In this document: positions 1-12,215 of the stretch, one piece after another
Layout: each line of letters opens with the position of its first letter
Position numbering within the stretch: the stretch's first letter is position 1
Assembly (NCBI RefSeq): GCF_006345805.1
Contig: NC_042999.1
Span: forward strand, 83,204,001-83,268,000
DNA length: 64,000 bases
Source of the DNA: Octopus sinensis
Lineage: Eukaryota
Direction: 5' to 3'
Position numbers and translations under genes: made by a program
The notes under the pieces: generated by a model
What the model saw: only the letters and a program-made list of their open reading frames with translations
What the model was told of the DNA's origin: nothing
Database searches by the model: none

Positions 1-480
1 TGTAGGATTCACAACCGTAAGATTGTGGTTTTGATCCCTGGACTGGGCGATCTGTTGTGTTCTTGAGCAAAACACTTCATTTCAGGTTGTTCCATCCACT
101 TAGCTGTGGAAATGAGTTTAGCCTGCAGAGGAATGGGCTCTGGTAACTTCCTAACCCTAGATATGCTGCATGGCTGCAGCACCCCAATTACCCCCAACGG
201 GTTAAGGGACCTGTCAGTTGTCAGCTGTTTGATCTACCTCTTATATGCCATAGGTCTGCTGGGTCAGTGAGGACCTGCTACAACACCAGCACAGCTGCTA
301 ACAACTATAAATATGTTGAACCAATATTGGCACTACAACTACTGCCTCCCTTACTGTGTTCATGCAGTAAAAATTGGTGGTGCTTTTACTTGTGAATCTA
401 ATTTGTTACCAGTTTTAATCACTGGGTTGCTCTTGGGTGGCAGAAAAGCTTAGTAAGGCTTTCAAACATATCTTCTATCT

Positions 481-850
481 TTTACCTTCCTACTTGTTTC
501 AGTTACTGGACTGCTGCCATGCTGGGGCATCATCTTGAAGGGTTTAGTTAAGCAAATTGACCCCAGTACTGGCACTTTTTTGTCTGTCTCTTTTGCCAAA
601 CTGCTAAGTTACAGGGACATCAATAAACTAACACCAGTTGTCAAGCAGTGGTGGGGAGAAAACACACACAAACACACAAACAATGAGCTTTTTTCACAAT
701 CCATCTAACAAATCCACTTACAAGGCCTTGGTTGGCCCAGGCCTATAGTAGAAGACACTTGCCCCAAAGTGCCAAGTACCACACAACAGAGCTGAACCAA
801 GAACCATGTGGTTGGGAAGCAAGATTCTTACCACGCTACCACTCCTGCAC
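481..850 (-). mobile_element. SINE family C copy (tRNA-like head), decayed
   Basis: Reverse-strand similarity to the 31535-31895 copy (ggttcagctctgttgtgtggtacttggcactttggggcaagtgtcttctactataggcc). Confidence 0.75.
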
Positions 851-1520
851 AAAATATTTGCATCAGAAAGAAAACTCTGCTGAAAGTACCCTGCCAAGGA
901 CCAGGTGATGGTGTTAAACCTTGTAGCTTGTGTCCTCTTTTTTGAACTGGTAAAGTTTATTATGCTTACCAATGAATTCCTTGGTAGCTGGGTTTCTAGG
1001 ATAGAAAGGTTGTAGGGTCAATTTGGGGTAGATGAAGGACTAGAAAAGAATAAGAAAATGGGTGAGATAAGGGTGAATATATTTTTCTTCACCATATCTT
1101 TTGCTTAACACTCGTCATTTTTTTATATTTCCTAAAGAAATTTTACAGTTATGGTACAGATATGGGTATGTGGTTAAGTAATTGTATAATGTGGTTTGAT
1201 CCCACTTCACAGAAATCCATCTTTTCTGTGTGTTTGTGTATATGTATGCTTATGCGCGCGTTTCATCAATGTGCAAATCTCTGAAAAAGCTGATAAACCA
1301 AAGCTTTTGAACAAAAATACTTTGTGATATGAGCTCTGTCCAAGTTGGAAAAACACTCCCTTATCACTCTTGCCATCAGGAATATGAGTCAGTGATTAGT
1401 TCACTGATAAACTTTTAAACAATAGTGGTGTTTGTCACAAAATGTAAAATAAATGTAACTAAATATAACTCATATGTGAGTATATATATAACTATGTATG
1501 TGCATGCTTCTTTGTGTGTG

Positions 1521-1588
<68 letters not shown>

Positions 1589-2826
1589 TTATGTATACAC
1601 ACACACGCATCTGTCGTTGCTCTATGGATTTGCAGATGTTAGCATGCGTGCATGTAATGTGAGCTGCTTATGCAAATGTGTGTGTGAGTGTGACATATAT
1701 ACGCCCTGATCTGTGTTTATGTTCATGCATATTCCTATATGTATATTTGTGTGTGTATGTATATGTGTGTGGATATATCTGTCGTCATTTTTGCTAGCAT
1801 GTCTTAAAGAAAAAGAAATTGCTTCCTCGTGATGTGAAGACAATTTTAAGTTCCTTAAGAATCAAACCAATCACCTTTTGCTGTATTATTGCAATATGAA
1901 ACCATTCATCCGTTCATTGAAAACCATAAATTTGTTTCATAGAATTATCTGCATATGTCTCAAATTTCTTTTTTAACTCTTTAGCATTCAGATTTCTTTG
2001 TCATGTTTATGTATCCCTATGATTTTGAAGTAATCAGGCATTATCTCATGCCTTTGAGATTTCCATGATGTAATTGTTTATTTTTTAGGATGACATTGTA
2101 GGGTAGTTGTGAGAGTCCTTACCTGGTCAGTTTGAACATAAAACAACAATAATATTTTTGGCCGGACATGGCCAGTTTAAATGCTAAATAGTTACTCTTT
2201 ATATCTTATGTGTCTGTTTATCCATCCATCCATCCATTCATCTGTCCATTTGTTCATCCATCCATCCATCCATGTGTGTGTATGTTTAACTGCCTGCCTC
2301 TGACAGTACTGTCCATACTATCTGGAAGAAATAAATCACTGAAGCTAATATATCTATTTATCTTTGTTTTTTGATCGTTAAATAGATCAGGAAACAAAGA
2401 ACAAATGTTTATTCATCTATGTGTATCTAGCCACCTTTTATTCTTATTCTTTGCCTTCTTTCTCTTTCCCCACATACATATATATATACATGCGTATATA
2501 AATACACACTCATACATATATAAATGTGTGTGTGTGCATATATGTATATATAAGCTTATACATATAGCCATTGGTCTCTAATACCATCCTCTATGTGCAT
2601 CTCATCTATTTAAGTAGCTAGCAGTGTGTGCATGTGTATGTATCCTTATACATATTTGTTTATCTGTATGTATGTATGTATGTATGTATGTGTGTGTGTG
2701 TTTGTATCTACTGTGTAACTGAGTGCATGCGTATGCATGTTTAATTCATGATTCATTAAATAGCTAAAGAGGTTGAATATAATATTAAATGAGAAAAAAA
2801 AAGTATAATTTATTAGTCAATGAACA

Positions 2827-2882
<56 letters not shown>

Positions 2883-3029
2883 CACACGTGTCAATATTTT
2901 GCTGGTGGTAGTGACAATAAACAAAACACTGTGAAACAAAATGTTGAAAAAATCAACAATGTTTATCTTCCTGTTTAATCGTTTTATTCATTTATCTTTT
3001 ATTTATATATATATTTCTTCATTTTCCAG

Positions 3030-3129
3030 GAGTTGGCAATGGAATCGAATGGTTTACGAGGAACGAGACACGGCCGAACCATTATCGCATACTTATGGTT
3101 CAAGGCGATAACATGATGGTGGCAGCAAG
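3030..3129 (+). CDS. Sema-1a: Semaphorin exon 1 in window (phase 1 to 2): (G)VGNGIEWFTRNETRPNHYRILMVQGDNMMVAA(R)
   Basis: ttccag|GA...GCAAG|gtgaga; matches the Sema N-terminal blade (..HY/F..L....D..++VGAR). Confidence 0.9.
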
Positions 3130-3939
3130 GTGAGAAAATTGCTCAAGCACTTATATTCTTGTTTCCCTCTTCAATTCATAAAGAAAACTTTTTTTTTTAT
3201 CATCTATAAATAATTATTGTTGCTTTTGTTCTTGCTGTAAGGCTAAGGTAACAAAATCCAGAACTATTCCTGGCCTGGCATGATATTGGTTTGACTCATC
3301 TCTGTGCTAAGCCTTCCTTTGATTCATAATTTTCTCTTATATGAAATGAGCCAATCTTGGAGTGGTTGGCATTAAGGAAGGGCATCCAGCTGTAGAAACT
3401 CTGCCAGATCAAGATTGAAACCTGGTGCAGCCATCTGGTTCGCCATCCCTCAGTCAAATCATCCAACCCATGCTAGCATGGAAAGCGGATGTTAAATGAT
3501 GATCATGATCATGATGAAAAAAATTGTTATTAAACTCCATGTTTGCTCTGACCTAGCAAGCTTATTATGAAAGCTGACAGTCTTATCATTTAGGCATTGC
3601 ATATCTTAAACTATATTATCCAGTGTTCTTTCAAAGGTGATAGACTTTATTTCCCCAACATTTAATTACTAATTGTAATAGAGGAAACTACTATCTTTAT
3701 TGGTTCATTATAATTGATGTTATGTAACCCAAATTAAACACCACTCAAGTAAACCTAAGATCGTAGTTATTCTTGCTGCAACCATCCCATTTTTTCTAGT
3801 CGTACTGTATCTTGGACTAAAGGGTATAACATCTGATGTATTCTACCATTTTTGAGTGTGATTTGAGAGATTTTGGTTGCTGTTTCTAGCAGGCCTAAGG
3901 ACAATGCAGAGGCTCTCATTTTGGCATGTTATTATTTAA

Positions 3940-4145
3940 CCCTTTAGTATTCAGATTGCTCTGTCAGATGTATTACAGTATTTTGATTTAACTATCATTA
4001 ACTTGTGGCCTCAAGATTTTGATAAACTAATTACTTATCTTTGGAATGCTTTTTACAGTAGGTGTGCAAAGCCAGATTAGGTCAGTTTGAACATGTAGCA
4101 AGAAGAATATTGGAGCTGGATATGGCCAGTTTAAATGCTAAAGGG
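3940..4145 (+). mobile_element. piggyBac-type MITE family A. Other copies ~1975-2190, ~6716-6905, 19343-19560, 24930-25425 (split), 50077-50301, 52099-52310
   Basis: TTAA-CCCTTTAG...CTAAAGGG-TTAA: terminal inverted repeats with TTAA flanks and a shared ~205-225 bp interior across copies. Confidence 0.85.
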
Positions 4146-4149
4146 TTAA

Positions 4150-4333
4150 CCCTTTCATTACCAACCCGGCTGAAACCAGCTCTGTCTTGTTTTCATAAGT
4201 TTTGAATTAAAATCTTCCACCAAACCTTAGTCACAATTTATGTTCCTAACATTGGCTGAATGATAACTAAGTTGTATTTAAAGTAATTGAAAGAAACACA
4301 GAGCATCTCAAAATAAATACAGCAACGAAAGGG
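4150..4333 (+). mobile_element. piggyBac-type MITE family B. Other copies 26489-26698 (+) and 59957-60178 (opposite orientation)
   Basis: TTAA-CCCTTTC...GAAAGGG-TTAA, with the interior (aaaatcttccaccaaaccttagtcacaatttatgttcc) shared by three copies. Confidence 0.85.
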
Positions 4334-6165
4334 TTAAACCCAGATCAGCTCTGATTGGTCTGATTTATGCTCAGAAATATTATGGCTGCAATGATCCCAA
4401 CTGTGTATTTTTTACAAGTACAGCAGCATCAAGAACTACAATAACCTCTGTATCATTCTTTTGTAAAATAGTAGTAAGATGTGATTCAAAGGAGATTTAG
4501 TTACTATTCCTTACGAGTCAAATGGTGACAGGGGAGTCTCCCATTTTTGCTTAGCATATTTTTGCTTTATTTGGAAAGTAGCTTATATGATAGCACTTGA
4601 TAGGTAGCTGAGTTGTCTTTAAATTTTCCAAAATCAATAGAATTTCATTACTCACTATTTACATGGTATCAGTACTGGTTGTGTCATCATCATTATCATC
4701 ATCATCATCACTACCACCTCTGCTCTTTGTTGTTGCAGCGGCAAAATATCAAATACCCAAAGACAATCAAAGTGCAATGTTTTATATGTATATATATTCC
4801 TTCAGATGCGAATGATTAACAGACATAAATATTTAAATTAGAATTCCAATAATTCATGATCTGAGAAATGTTATAATATGTAATTAATTCTTCAAATCAT
4901 TCATTTAGTTGTCCATCATTCTCTTAACTTCAAGAATCTTATGAAAAATCTTATTGAACCAAGAATTTTATTGATTTGCATGGTTATGTAGTTAAGAAGA
5001 TTGCTTCATAATCATAACTTTCTCAATTTGATTTCACCATGTAACACCTCAGGCAAGTGTCTTCTTCCATAACATCCAGTTAATATAAACCTTTTGAGTG
5101 AAATTAAATGCACAGAAACTCTGTGGGCACCCATCAGATGGACTGTATTTCAAATGCAAGGGGTTGCTCATGTTACTCATATACCAAGTTCTGTTGCTGT
5201 TTGCTTGAGGATTTTGTTAAGGGTACAAATATCAATAGCATGAATCTTCAGTCACTTGGAATTCATAGCTTTGATTGTTGTGTTAATCAAAGATCTGGAA
5301 TCCTCAGTTAGTGAAACCAGTATGTGATCTAGTGATCCAATAAGAAGATATTGTAGTGTTAGCTGTCTTTTCACTTTGTAACTCAAAGGTCTTTCTTCTT
5401 TGTTATTTTTATCAGCCATGGAGATGAAATAGCTGTAGAGCAAACTCAAAACTAAAGGCTTTCCATACATGACCATCCCACTTTTGTTTCAGGCATAGTC
5501 CACACTGGACTATATTAATCAGTTTGTCTGTTTAGACGGTAGATTGTGGTTTGAGAAGGATTTAGCTGCAACTTTATGACAGGTTGTGCAATTAGAGAAT
5601 CTGTCATTGGATCGGTGATGGTGGCAGCAGCTGCTATGATATTTCGAAACTGTCTTCTGAATTGCTGTGACACCTTTTTTGCATAAAATCAAGGATTTCT
5701 GTTTTTTACCGGGCATATGTAAAAACGACAGTTTGGTAGGCTAAGTAGATAAGGTGCCAGGCAACTAGCCACAAGATTGATGATTTCATCCTTTTGGTCA
5801 TTAGCATTGTGTGTCCTGTCTGTATCATCGTGAAAACAGTTCATCAAAATTGTCCAGCCTGTCTGCCTAAGTTGGCTGGTCCAACTGGATGAGAGTTGTT
5901 TATTTCTTGGTCAGCATTGATTGATCAAAGCCATTTCACTCATAGCCATCCTATCTTATCTATCCAGGACTCGATTGCCCAATATGTCCTTCCATTTTTA
6001 AAGATGGGAGAATTTGTCTGTTATTTCTAGCAAGTAGAATGATTGTGTAAAGGCTTTCCTGTTAAGAAATAGAAATCGCTTTGTTTGCCATCATTCCTAT
6101 TATTGTAATCCACTTGGGTGTAGTGATGATGGAACTGAAAAATCTACTCGAAATCAAATTTGATG

Positions 6166-6612
6166 ACTGGCATTCGTGCTAGTGGAGTGCTAAGAGCACC
6201 ATCCAAATGTGATCGTTGCCAGAGTGACTAACTGGCTTCCGTGCCAGTGGCACATAAAAAGCACCATTTGAGTGTAATCATTACCAGCATTGCCTTACTG
6301 GCACTTGTGTGGGCGGCACGTGAAAAAACATTCGAGTGAGGTCTTTGCCAGCTGCTGGACTAGCTCCTGTGCAGGTGGCACGTAAAAAACACCACTTGAG
6401 CGTGACCGGTGCCAGTACCGTCTGACTGGCACGTAAAAGCACCCACTACACTCTCAGAGTGTTTGGCATTAGGAAGGGCATCAAGCTGTAGAAACTCTGC
6501 CAGATCAAGATTGGAGCCTGGTGCAGCCATCTGGTTCGCCAGTCCTCAGTCAAATCGTCCAACCTATGCTAGCATGGAAAGCGGATGTTAAACAATAATG
6601 ATGATGATGATG
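6166..6612 (+). mobile_element. SINE-like family B with (GAT)n tail, long form. Shorter copies ~3360-3515, ~9150-9310(-), ~10103-10262(-), ~13440-13650, ~24985-25297, ~32540-32700, ~41745-42210(-)
   Basis: Recurrent body ttaggaagggcatccagctgtagaaactctgcc and tail ccaacccatgctagcatggaaagcggatgttaaa(c)gatgatg, which contains the palindrome CCATGCTAGCATGG. Confidence 0.8.
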
Positions 6613-6906
6613 ATGTTTCTGTGCTGTTGTCATAGTACAAACCATACAAGAATTCTTAACACATTTGCTCCTGATCAAGGATTTACAGAACTGTCACTGC
6701 TTATTATACTATTAACCCTTTAGCATGCAGATTAGTCTGTCAAATTTAATGCTTATTTATTCATATTGCTTTGAACTAATAAAGTATTGTCTTTGAGATT
6801 TCAATGATATCATTGTGTATTTTTAGAATGATATTTTAGGGTAGGTGTGAATCCAGGGAGTTTGAACAAAAACAAGTAGAATATTTTGGCCAGATATGGC
6901 CAGTTG

Positions 6907-7290
6907 AGATGTGGCCACCTGTATCAGCAGCATGTTGTCGGACAGCTACCTTGATAAGTACCTTTACAGCTATCCCTACAGCAGCAGTGTCTGTAACAAG
7001 GAGAACCTTGAAGACTGTATTATACATTTAAACAAGCTGCTACAGAATGTGTCTACCAACAATAAGCAATATGTCCAACATCATGATCCCTCTCATGAAC
7101 ATCACTTTTGATTTATTTAAACACATTCAACAGGATACAAAGTTTCGAGAGGAACTGGAATCAAAGACATCTCGTATAATAACCGACTATGAATGCTTAC
7201 AAACCTCGCAGATGTGACTCAAAGATGATATTGAAAAGCTAGAGTGGGAAATTGCAGTTCGATAAGGAAAAGAGATGCTAAAGAGTTAAA
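6907..7290 (+). pseudogene. Decayed, frameshifted fragment resembling SSX2IP/ADIP (afadin- and alpha-actinin-binding protein) N-terminal and coiled-coil region; probable retrocopy
   Basis: Frame A (ORF 6911..7111): VCNKENLEDCIIHLNKLLQ resembles recalled human SSX2IP FCTEDNIEQSISYLDQELT. Frame +1 from ~7060: NIMIPLMNITFDLFKHIQQDTKFREELESKTSRIITDYECLQTSQM*LKDDIEKLEWEIAVR*GKE resembles [65 protein letters not shown]. Stops at 7215 (TGA) and 7263 (TAA). Comparison from memory only. Confidence 0.6.
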
Positions 7291-7977
7291 GTGTACCACA
7301 CTGTGTTACAAGAGAATTTTTATACCAGTCATGGGCAAACTGCAGCCTGCAAAACTTGCTAAATGGCAAGCCTAAAGAAAAATTCCTTAAATTTCTTTGG
7401 CCATGCAGTCCACTTGATGATAAGCCATGCCTTTATGGTTGCCTCCTGGCTTATCAAATAGAGCTGCCTCTACATATTTTACCATTGTAGGAACCAAGTT
7501 TGAACTCTTGGCTCTGTAGTGTACAAGTTCGGCAGCTTAACCTCACAGCTAACGCTGCTTTTTAAACACAGTTCTAAAGATACATTAATTCTCTAAAAAT
7601 TTTAATGTGGTTTTGATTCTCAACTCTCTAGAGTAACAATGGCAATGAGTAATCAGCTTCTTTTAAACATCCATTTCTATTTGTACTCAACTTCTATTCT
7701 CAGGGGGGATTCTAAAATCTTTCTTCTCTCCAATTTTGTCTGTATTGTTTACCCATTTCAATTTTAAGATAGAAAGTTCTTTGGCAATTCTGATTTCCAC
7801 TATCGAAAATGAGAGCACTGAATTGACCCCAATGCAGACAAATATATGTAGATGTACGTTGATGAGAGTGACAACGGTACCGTAGGTTATGTGTGTGCAT
7901 ATGTGCATTTGCTTGTATCTGCATGCATGTTTGATTTGTATATATCATAACATTATATATTATATATGTATATGTAG

Positions 7978-8009
<32 letters not shown>

Positions 8010-8052
8010 TGTATTATATATATAAATATATATATATTGTATTATATATATA

Positions 8053-8103
<51 letters not shown>

Positions 8104-8504
8104 TATATACATACATACATATACATGTATATACATACACATATACATGGAGAGAAAGAGAAAGACTGTGAGAAAGAGAGAGGGATTGTTAGATGTCTCC
8201 ATTTATTTCTTCAGAGATAGACACTGTGAGACCAGTGATAAACAAAATGAATAAATTGTTTGGGGAATTGTGTTAAATGCTTATGTATTTTAAAAATATG
8301 TACCATCTCTATTGTATATGCATTTTTATACCATTTTTAGTTATCGTTTATTGATTCATTTATCTGATTTTTTTTTCTTTAATTTTTCTAAATTTAAATA
8401 TGTTCATACATTTTTTTGAGTATGTATGTGTGTGTGTGTGTGTGTATTTAAATTTTGTTTTTTATTTTTCTGATTTTTTTATGTTTTATTTTTTCCAATT
8501 TCAG

Positions 8505-8550
8505 AAATCACTTTTACAACATCAGTATGATATCTTTACAAGAAAACATG
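8505..8550 (+). CDS. Sema-1a: Semaphorin exon 2 (phase 2 to 0): (R)NHFYNISMISLQENM
   Basis: T-rich tract, tttcag|A...ATG|gtaaat; completes the AARN.+YN+S motif. Confidence 0.88.
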
Positions 8551-8773
8551 GTAAATAAAAATAACGCTTATCTTCCCCAGCCCCCACCATCGCTATAATG
8601 TGCTTCTTTTTTTGTTGCAGCTGTTGTTGTTCTTTTGATTGGTTTTGATTTCTGACAGAAACACGCACACACACACACACAAAACCTTGGTAGATATGAA
8701 CATACATACATAAAAGTATTTATATATGCACACTGCAATACTGAGCAGCATGTGTGTAGACATACACACACAC

Positions 8774-10676
8774 ACACACACACACGTATATATATACACA
8801 CTCAACATTAAAATAAAGATGTGCTCACAGGTATTGATAGATTTTGATATAAATACTTAAATACATACATATATGTATGTATGTATGTATGTGTGTGTGT
8901 ACGGACACATATTGAGATAGTGGTACATGTACAGATATTAAAATACAAGTATAGATGTATTGGTTTATATATATATATATATACACATGCACACACGCAC
9001 ACATACATGCATATATGTAAATATATATTGACATACATGCAGAAAGATATTAATATTCAGGGATAGAGAAATATTGGCATCCACACAGGCATTTTAATAA
9101 ACACCAGCCATGGGCAAAATGCTGTCCATGGGGCTTTTTCTGGATGGCATATCATCATCTTCATCATCATCTTCGTTTAGCGTCTGCTTTCCATGCTAGC
9201 ATGGGTTGGACAGTTCAACTGGGGTCTGGGAAGCCAGAAGGCTGCACCAGGCCCAATCTTGATCTGGCAGAGTTTCTACGGCTGGATGCCCTTCCTAACG
9301 CCAACCACTCCGTGAGTGTAGTATGTAACAATTAAACAGACAAACTGGCATTAGTAAAGTCATCCAGCTGTAGAAACCACACTAAGCAGACATGGCAGTT
9401 TGATGTGGTTGTCTGACATGTCAGTACTATCCAACCCATACTGACATGCAAAAATAGATGTTAAATGATGATAACGATAATGATGTTAAAACTCTCAGTG
9501 AATTACTTTGCAAAAATATGACAACAGAAGAGGGGGAAGTTAGAGCAAAAGGACAATGTATGATAAGATATGAAAGAACAAGGGAAGGATTTTGCAACCT
9601 AATGAAAAATCACTTGCTTGAAAAAGATTGCCCATGCGTCACATACACAATGACATTGACATTGTGTGATGACATTTTGACCCACAAACATAGACAAGGT
9701 GAAAAACTGACTCACACACACACAACACACACACACGTATATATATACACACTCAACATTAAAATAAAGATGTGCTCACAGGTATTGATAGATTTTGATA
9801 TAAATACTTAAATACATACATATATGTATGTATGTATGTATGTGTGTGTGTACGGACACATATTGAGATAGTGGTACATGTACAGATATTAAAATACAAG
9901 TATAGATGTATTGGTTTATATATATATATATATATACACATGCACACACGCACACATACATGCATATATGTAAATATATATTGACATACATGCAGAAAGA
10001 TATTAATATTCAGGGATAGAGAAATATTGGCATCCACACAGGCATTTTAATAAACACCAGCCATGGGCAAAATGCTGTCCATGGGGCTTTTTCTGGATGG
10101 CATATCATCATCTTCATCATCATCTTCGTTTAGCGTCTGCTTTCCATGCTAGCATGGGTTGGACAGTTCAACTGGGGTCTGGGAAGCCAGAAGGCTGCAC
10201 CAGGCCCAATCTTGATCTGGCAGAGTTTCTACGGCTGGATGCCCTTCCTAACGCCAACCACTCCGTGAGTGTAGTATGTAACAATTAAACAGACAAACTG
10301 GCATTAGTAAAGTCATCCAGCTGTAGAAACCACACTAAGCAGACATGGCAGTTGATGTGGTTGTCTGACATGTCAGTACTATCCAACCCATACTGACATG
10401 CAAAAATAGATGTTAAATGATGATAACGATAATGATGTTAAAACTCTCAGTGAATTACTTTGCAAAAATATGACAACAGAAGAGGGGGAAGTTAGAGCAA
10501 AAGGACAATGTATGATAAGATATGAAAGAACAAGGGAAGGATTTTGCAACCTAATGAAAAATCACTTGCTTGAAAAAGATTGCCCATGCGTCACATACAC
10601 AATGACATTGACATTGTGTGATGACATTTTGACCCACAAACATAGACAAGGTGAAAAACTGACTCACACACACACA
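8774..10676. repeat. Near-perfect ~952-bp direct tandem duplication (copy 1 ~8774-9724, copy 2 ~9725-10676)
   Basis: Identical ORFs at 9144/10097 and 9458/10410. Offsets of 951-953 nt are explained by (TA)9 vs (TA)10 and GGCAGTTTG vs GGCAGTTG. Both ends and the junction lie in (CA)n. Confidence 0.95.
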
Positions 10677-10831
10677 CACATGCATGCATAGGAAGATCGT
10701 CATGGACAGTTAGTGATATCAACATAAGCACATACAGATATCAACATGAACATAGAGAAACATTGATGTGTGTGAAGGAGACATTGGCATACGCAGAGAT
10801 AACACACATATTTAGGCATATTGCCATAGAT

Positions 10832-11173
10832 CAGCATTTCTCAACCAGGGATCCCTGGAATCCTAGGGTTCCACAAAAGGCTCCTAGGGGTTCCATGACA
10901 AAGAGTGAGATAAGCTAATGCTAATTTCAAGATTGTAATATTACTATACATGCACAGCATATTATTGGTTATTATGATATAGACATCATCCTATGTAACC
11001 TATTATGTTATGAAAAAAACATAACAGTCTCATATATATATATATATATATCATGTAAACTATAATGAAAAATATGAGAAAGATATAGTATATAATTTTT
11101 TTGTGCAGGGGTTCCTTGTGACATGTAATTTATTTTAAGGATTACATAATGGTAAAATGGTTGAGAAACCCTG
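10832..11173. mobile_element. hAT (Charlie-like) MITE
   Basis: TIR CAGCATTTCTCAACC / GGTTGAGAAACCCTG (13/15); 8-bp TSD CCATAGAT / CCATAGGT. Confidence 0.85.
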
Positions 11174-11450
11174 CCATAGGTGGTAGACAGCAGAATCGGT
11201 TGAGCATCTGACAAAATACTTTGTGACATTTGGTTACATCTCTTTACATTCTCAATTCAAAACTTGCTTCTCGGTCAACATACTTTTTATTGTTCTGAGG
11301 ATGATAAGTACAGTCTAGACATTCTGGACTTGATATAATGAACTACAGCATTTAATGCAGAGTATGAGTTCCATGATGGTTGCTGTTATGTATAATGAGT
11401 GAATCCGTTAATTAAATGAATAAAAAAGAATTCACTTAAATACTTTTTAC

Positions 11451-12215
11451 ACAAAGGCACTCATTTTTTGGTGGAGGGCATAAGTCGATTACATCGATCC
11501 CAGTGTTTCATTGGTACTTAATTTATTGACCTTGAAAGGATGAATGGTAAAGTCAACCTCGGCAGAATGTGAACTCAGAACGTAAAGACAGACGAAATGT
11601 CATGAGGCCCGAAATTTTTTGGGAGAGGCCAGTCAATTAGATTGAACTTAGTATGCAACTGATACTTAATTTATTGACCCTGAAAAAATGAAAGTCAAAG
11701 TTGACCTTGGCAGAATTTGAACTCAGAATATAGAGACAGACGAAATACCTATTTCTTTACTACCCACAAGGGGCTAAACACAGAGAGGACAAACAAGGAC
11801 AGACAAACGGATTAAGTCAATTATATCGACCCCAGTGCATAACTAGTACTTATTTAATTGACCCCGAAAGGATGAAAGGCAAAGTCAGCCTTGGCAGAAT
11901 TTGAACTCAGAACTTAACTGCAGACGAAATACCACTAAGCCTTTTGCACAGCATGCTAAAGATTCTGCCAGCTCACCACCTTAGAAATAATAATAATGAT
12001 TTCAAATTTTGTCACAAAGGCAGCCATTTTTAGTGGAGGGGATGCGTCGATTGCATCGATCCTAGTGTTTCATTGGTACTTAATTTATCGACCTTGAAAG
12101 GATGAATGGTAAAGTCAACCTCGGCAGAATGTGAACTCAGAACGTAAAGACAGACAAAATGTCATGAAGCATTTTGTCTGATGTGCTAAAGAGTCTGCCA
12201 GCTCACCACCTTAAT
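11451..12215 (-). mobile_element. Head-to-tail cluster of four SINE family A units (tRNA head plus conserved core)
   Basis: Repeated core (reverse strand) gcctttcatcctttcggggtcgataaattaagtaccag, and head ggtgagctggcagaatc...gagttcaaattc. The core resembles my recollection of the Deu/Nin SINE domain (unverified). Confidence 0.85.

Noticed and set aside
2405-2470. ATG followed by hydrophobic codons as a possible signal-peptide exon
   Set aside because: It runs into microsatellite with no phase-1 donor; the hydrophobicity is explained by T-richness. The first coding exon is probably upstream of the window.
6409-6591. Recurrent ORFs such as MPVPSDWHVKAPTTLSE..., ...LRLDALPNANHS and EQREIKCFAQEHN (also 9144, 10097, 25017, 41897, 42018, 60509)
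   Set aside because: These are chance frames through SINE families B and D; the recurrence reflects repeat copy number, not a gene family.
7200-7290. LKDDIEKLE as a CR1/L2 reverse-transcriptase C-terminal remnant
   Set aside because: The flanking RT motifs are absent, and the longer two-frame pattern fits an SSX2IP-like coiled coil better.
8774-10676. Tandem repeat or SINE clusters as a CRISPR-like array
   Set aside because: There is no short repeat-spacer periodicity and no cas genes, and the context is a eukaryotic intron.
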